Positions 57,385 through 59,090 of a stretch of DNA of 59,090 bases are shown here, in pieces (the stretch's first letter is position 1; every line of letters begins with the position of its first letter). Under the pieces are notes generated by a model, which was not told the origin of the DNA, searched no databases, and saw only the letters and a list, made by a program, of their open reading frames with translations. The stretch covers positions 1 through 59,090 of the forward strand of contig JBFKGZ010000002.1 in the NCBI GenBank assembly GCA_041633075.1. The letters run 5' to 3'. Position numbers and translations under genes: made by a program. Source of the DNA: Candidatus Deferrimicrobiaceae bacterium. GTDB taxonomy: Bacteria; Desulfobacterota; Deferrimicrobia; Deferrimicrobiales; Deferrimicrobiaceae.

Positions 57385-57420
57385 CCCGGGAGGGAGACAT
57401 CACCCTTCCGGGAGTTTTTC
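57385..57420 (+). terminator. Probable fliA terminator (inside the 3' end of convergent rmuC)
   Basis: CCCGGGAGGG (57385-57394) pairs with CCCTTCCGGG (57403-57412) with one mismatch, then AGTTTTT follows. Confidence 0.5.
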
Positions 57421-58497
57421 CTCCCCGCTGCGCAAGCTTCCTATCCGCGCGCGGAATCTCTCGACATCCCTGACCGATTCCATGTACTTGGCCTGGGCAT
57501 TGTCCAGGTGCCTTCCGAAAATGCGGAAATTATCGGCGAACCGCTCGAAGTCCTTTCCCACCCGTTCCAGCAGGTCCTGGATCTCCCGCGTCTTCTGCTC
57601 GATCTTGAATCCGCGGAACGCGAATGCGAGGGCCTGCAGGTAGGCGAAGAAGCTGTTGGGGGAGGTCGGGATCACCTGGAGGCGCAGGAGCTGCTCGTGA
57701 AGCGCCCGGTTCCGGAGCAGGAGATAGTACACCGACTCCGCGGGAACGAAGAGAAACGCGAAGTCCAGCGTCTTCGGGGGGCGAATGTATTTGGCGGCGA
57801 TCGACTCGGCCTGCGTCAGCACGTCGCGGGCAAAGGCCTTCTCGTACTCCCTGCGAACCGTCTCGTCCCCCTCTCCCTCCAGAAGGGGCAAGGCGTTTGC
57901 CATGGGAAACTTGGCGTCGACGCAGACGAACTGGCTCCTGTCGGGCCGCACGAAGATCGCGGCGTCGGCCCGCTCCCCCCACTCCATCTGGTACTGCAGG
58001 TCGAACATCTCCGTGTGGGAACCGAACAGGTCGGAGAGCATCTGCGAGAGGGTCAGCTCCCCGAAGGCGCCGCGCGCCTTCGGCTGGGTGAGGAGGACGT
58101 TGAGCTGGCCGATGTCGCGCGAGAGAAGGACCATCTGCCCCGTCGCAGCCCCGAGCTCCTTAAGGTGCGACGCAACCTGGTCGAACCCCTTGACGTTCCG
58201 GTCCGCCGTCTCGGACAGCTCACGCGCCATCTCCCCGCGTATCTCGGAGAGCTTCTCCTCGATCCGCCGGGAAATGCCGTCCAGTCCCCGGAGGAAGTTT
58301 TCCGAAACCTCCTGGCGTATCCGGGCCAGCGCATCCGCCTGCCCCCGCGCAAGGTCCGAGGTGCTCGAACGCAGCGCCTCGGAGAAAGTCCTCTCCAGCC
58401 GGTCCAGCCGGTCCTGCAAGGGGGCCGTCCGCCGAAGCAGAACGACGACGAGGGTGGCGACCGCCGCAATCAGGGTGAGTACGGGGAGAAGTTCCAT
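57400..58497 (-). CDS. rmuC: DNA recombination protein RmuC
   Basis: 365 aa with an N-terminal TM/coiled coil. The C-terminal region DA.I......VCVDAKFP...Y and FLFVP.E is RmuC-type nuclease-like. Confidence 0.88.
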   Translation of the reverse strand: MELLPVLTLIAAVATLVVVLLRRTAPLQDRLDRLERTFSEALRSSTSDLARGQADALARIRQEVSENFLRGLDGISRRIEEKLSEIRGEMARELSETADRNVKGFDQVASHLKELGAATGQMVLLSRDIGQLNVLLTQPKARGAFGELTLSQMLSDLFGSHTEMFDLQYQMEWGERADAAIFVRPDRSQFVCVDAKFPMANALPLLEGEGDETVRREYEKAFARDVLTQAESIAAKYIRPPKTLDFAFLFVPAESVYYLLLRNRALHEQLLRLQVIPTSPNSFFAYLQALAFAFRGFKIEQKTREIQDLLERVGKDFERFADNFRIFGRHLDNAQAKYMESVRDVERFRARIGSLRSGEEKLPEG

Positions 58498-58562
58498 GGT
58501 AAGATGTCCGCCTCCGGTTCCTTACCGGAAGGGTAGCACAAGAAAAACATCCAGGGGGAGAA

Positions 58563-58850
58563 GTGCGGGTTTCCAGGAAACTGGCCATCTTCGGTTTCAA
58601 CCTATGTGCATCCATCTTCCTCGGGCTTTGCGTATACGGATTGCTGATCTACTCCAAGGAGGGAATGCCCCCCGCCGGGTCCCTTCTTTCTTCCGCTCTG
58701 TTCGCTCTGGCCACCATCGGTTGCATCGTCGGACTCTGCTACTTCGGCAGACAGTGGGACATGCGCAACGCAGAAGAGGCACATGCCGCGAAAGAGATCG
58801 CGTCCCGCGCGGAAACGACGAAAAAACGGAAACCGCCGAAAAAAAACTGA
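58563..58850 (+). CDS. Small membrane protein (2 predicted TM helices, Lys-rich tail)
   Basis: 95 aa with two hydrophobic stretches and a C-terminal KKRKPPKKN. I do not recognise a family. Confidence 0.45.
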   Translation: MRVSRKLAIFGFNLCASIFLGLCVYGLLIYSKEGMPPAGSLLSSALFALATIGCIVGLCYFGRQWDMRNAEEAHAAKEIASRAETTKKRKPPKKN

Positions 58851-58942
58851 CATCCCGCCGGCTAGTGTACCGCCTCGTAAATGGCTTGAAGCACCGAGAG
58901 CGTCGATGCGCCGCGCCGGCAAGGCGCGCGACTGAGGATGGC

Positions 58943-58989
58943 GGGGTACACTCCTGTTTTTCTCGGCGAACAACCCAGGAGTGTACCCC
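58943..58989. repeat. Perfect 14-bp inverted repeat (hairpin, 19-nt loop)
   Basis: GGGGTACACTCCTG (58943-58956) and CAGGAGTGTACCCC (58976-58989). It lies in an apparently non-coding tail and is flanked by direct GATGCGCCG copies at 58905 and 59062. Confidence 0.85.
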
Positions 58990-59090
58990 TCGGCGCAAGA
59001 AGCGCAGCGAAGCGGGAGCGAGGGGCCTGTCCCCGGAAGGATCGGCAGACGAGGCGAAGCGGATGCGCCGTCAGGCCGCGAAGGACGACC

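Noticed and set aside
59015-59085. CCGGAAGG and GUCAGG..GCGAAGG strings reminiscent of SRP (4.5S) RNA domain IV
   Set aside because: The flanking symmetric/asymmetric-loop nucleotides (AGCA etc.) do not line up. I could not build the long closing helix within the window. A covariance-model scan is needed before any call.

Overview
This window is a GC-rich chromosomal segment from a diderm bacterium. Most third codon positions are G/C, which also produces many long antisense shadow ORFs. The gene content looks delta-proteobacterial / Desulfuromonadota-like; that taxonomic guess is inference only.

Most of the window is tightly packed housekeeping DNA:
- An IS3-family insertion sequence sits at the left edge next to tRNA-Val.
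- A tRNA-Leu-tig-clpP-clpX-lon proteostasis block follows.
- An eno-gpmI operon carries an embedded c-di-GMP module (HD-GYP regulator plus PilZ).
- groES-groEL has a perfect CIRCE operator.
- Also present are folD, a DAHP synthase, a class A PBP, ileS-lspA, glnB-glnA, plsY, a malic enzyme, hisC, flgM, fliA and rmuC.

Three near-consensus sigma-54 promoters (TGGCAC-N5-TTGC type) can be read directly, upstream of glnB, upstream of fliA, and upstream of the cluster described next.

The most unusual region is 29955-38237. It starts with a sensor kinase whose periplasmic domain carries two c-type heme motifs. An archaemetzincin-type metalloprotease gene sits between that kinase and its sigma-54 response regulator. 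A sigma-54 promoter then drives a 22-codon hydrophobic mini-ORF, three paralogous GcvH-fold proteins (two membrane-tethered, two lacking the lipoyl lysine), and an orphan Tat-exported 4x[4Fe-4S] NrfC/HybA-like plus NrfD/HybB-like membrane module with no catalytic subunit. I flag this as a candidate undescribed membrane redox/carrier system.

Other points worth a second look:
- A fourth GcvH homologue beside folD has its lipoyl Lys replaced by Leu.
- An ino1 / MshA-like glycosyltransferase / CelD-like GNAT cluster has the glycosyltransferase broken at a C7 homopolymer.
- An NHL-repeat lipoprotein gene contains a sharply low-GC block.
- A nested palindrome lies between that lipoprotein gene and a winged-helix regulator gene.
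- A 14-bp perfect hairpin sits at the right edge.

I saw no CRISPR array and no rRNA gene.
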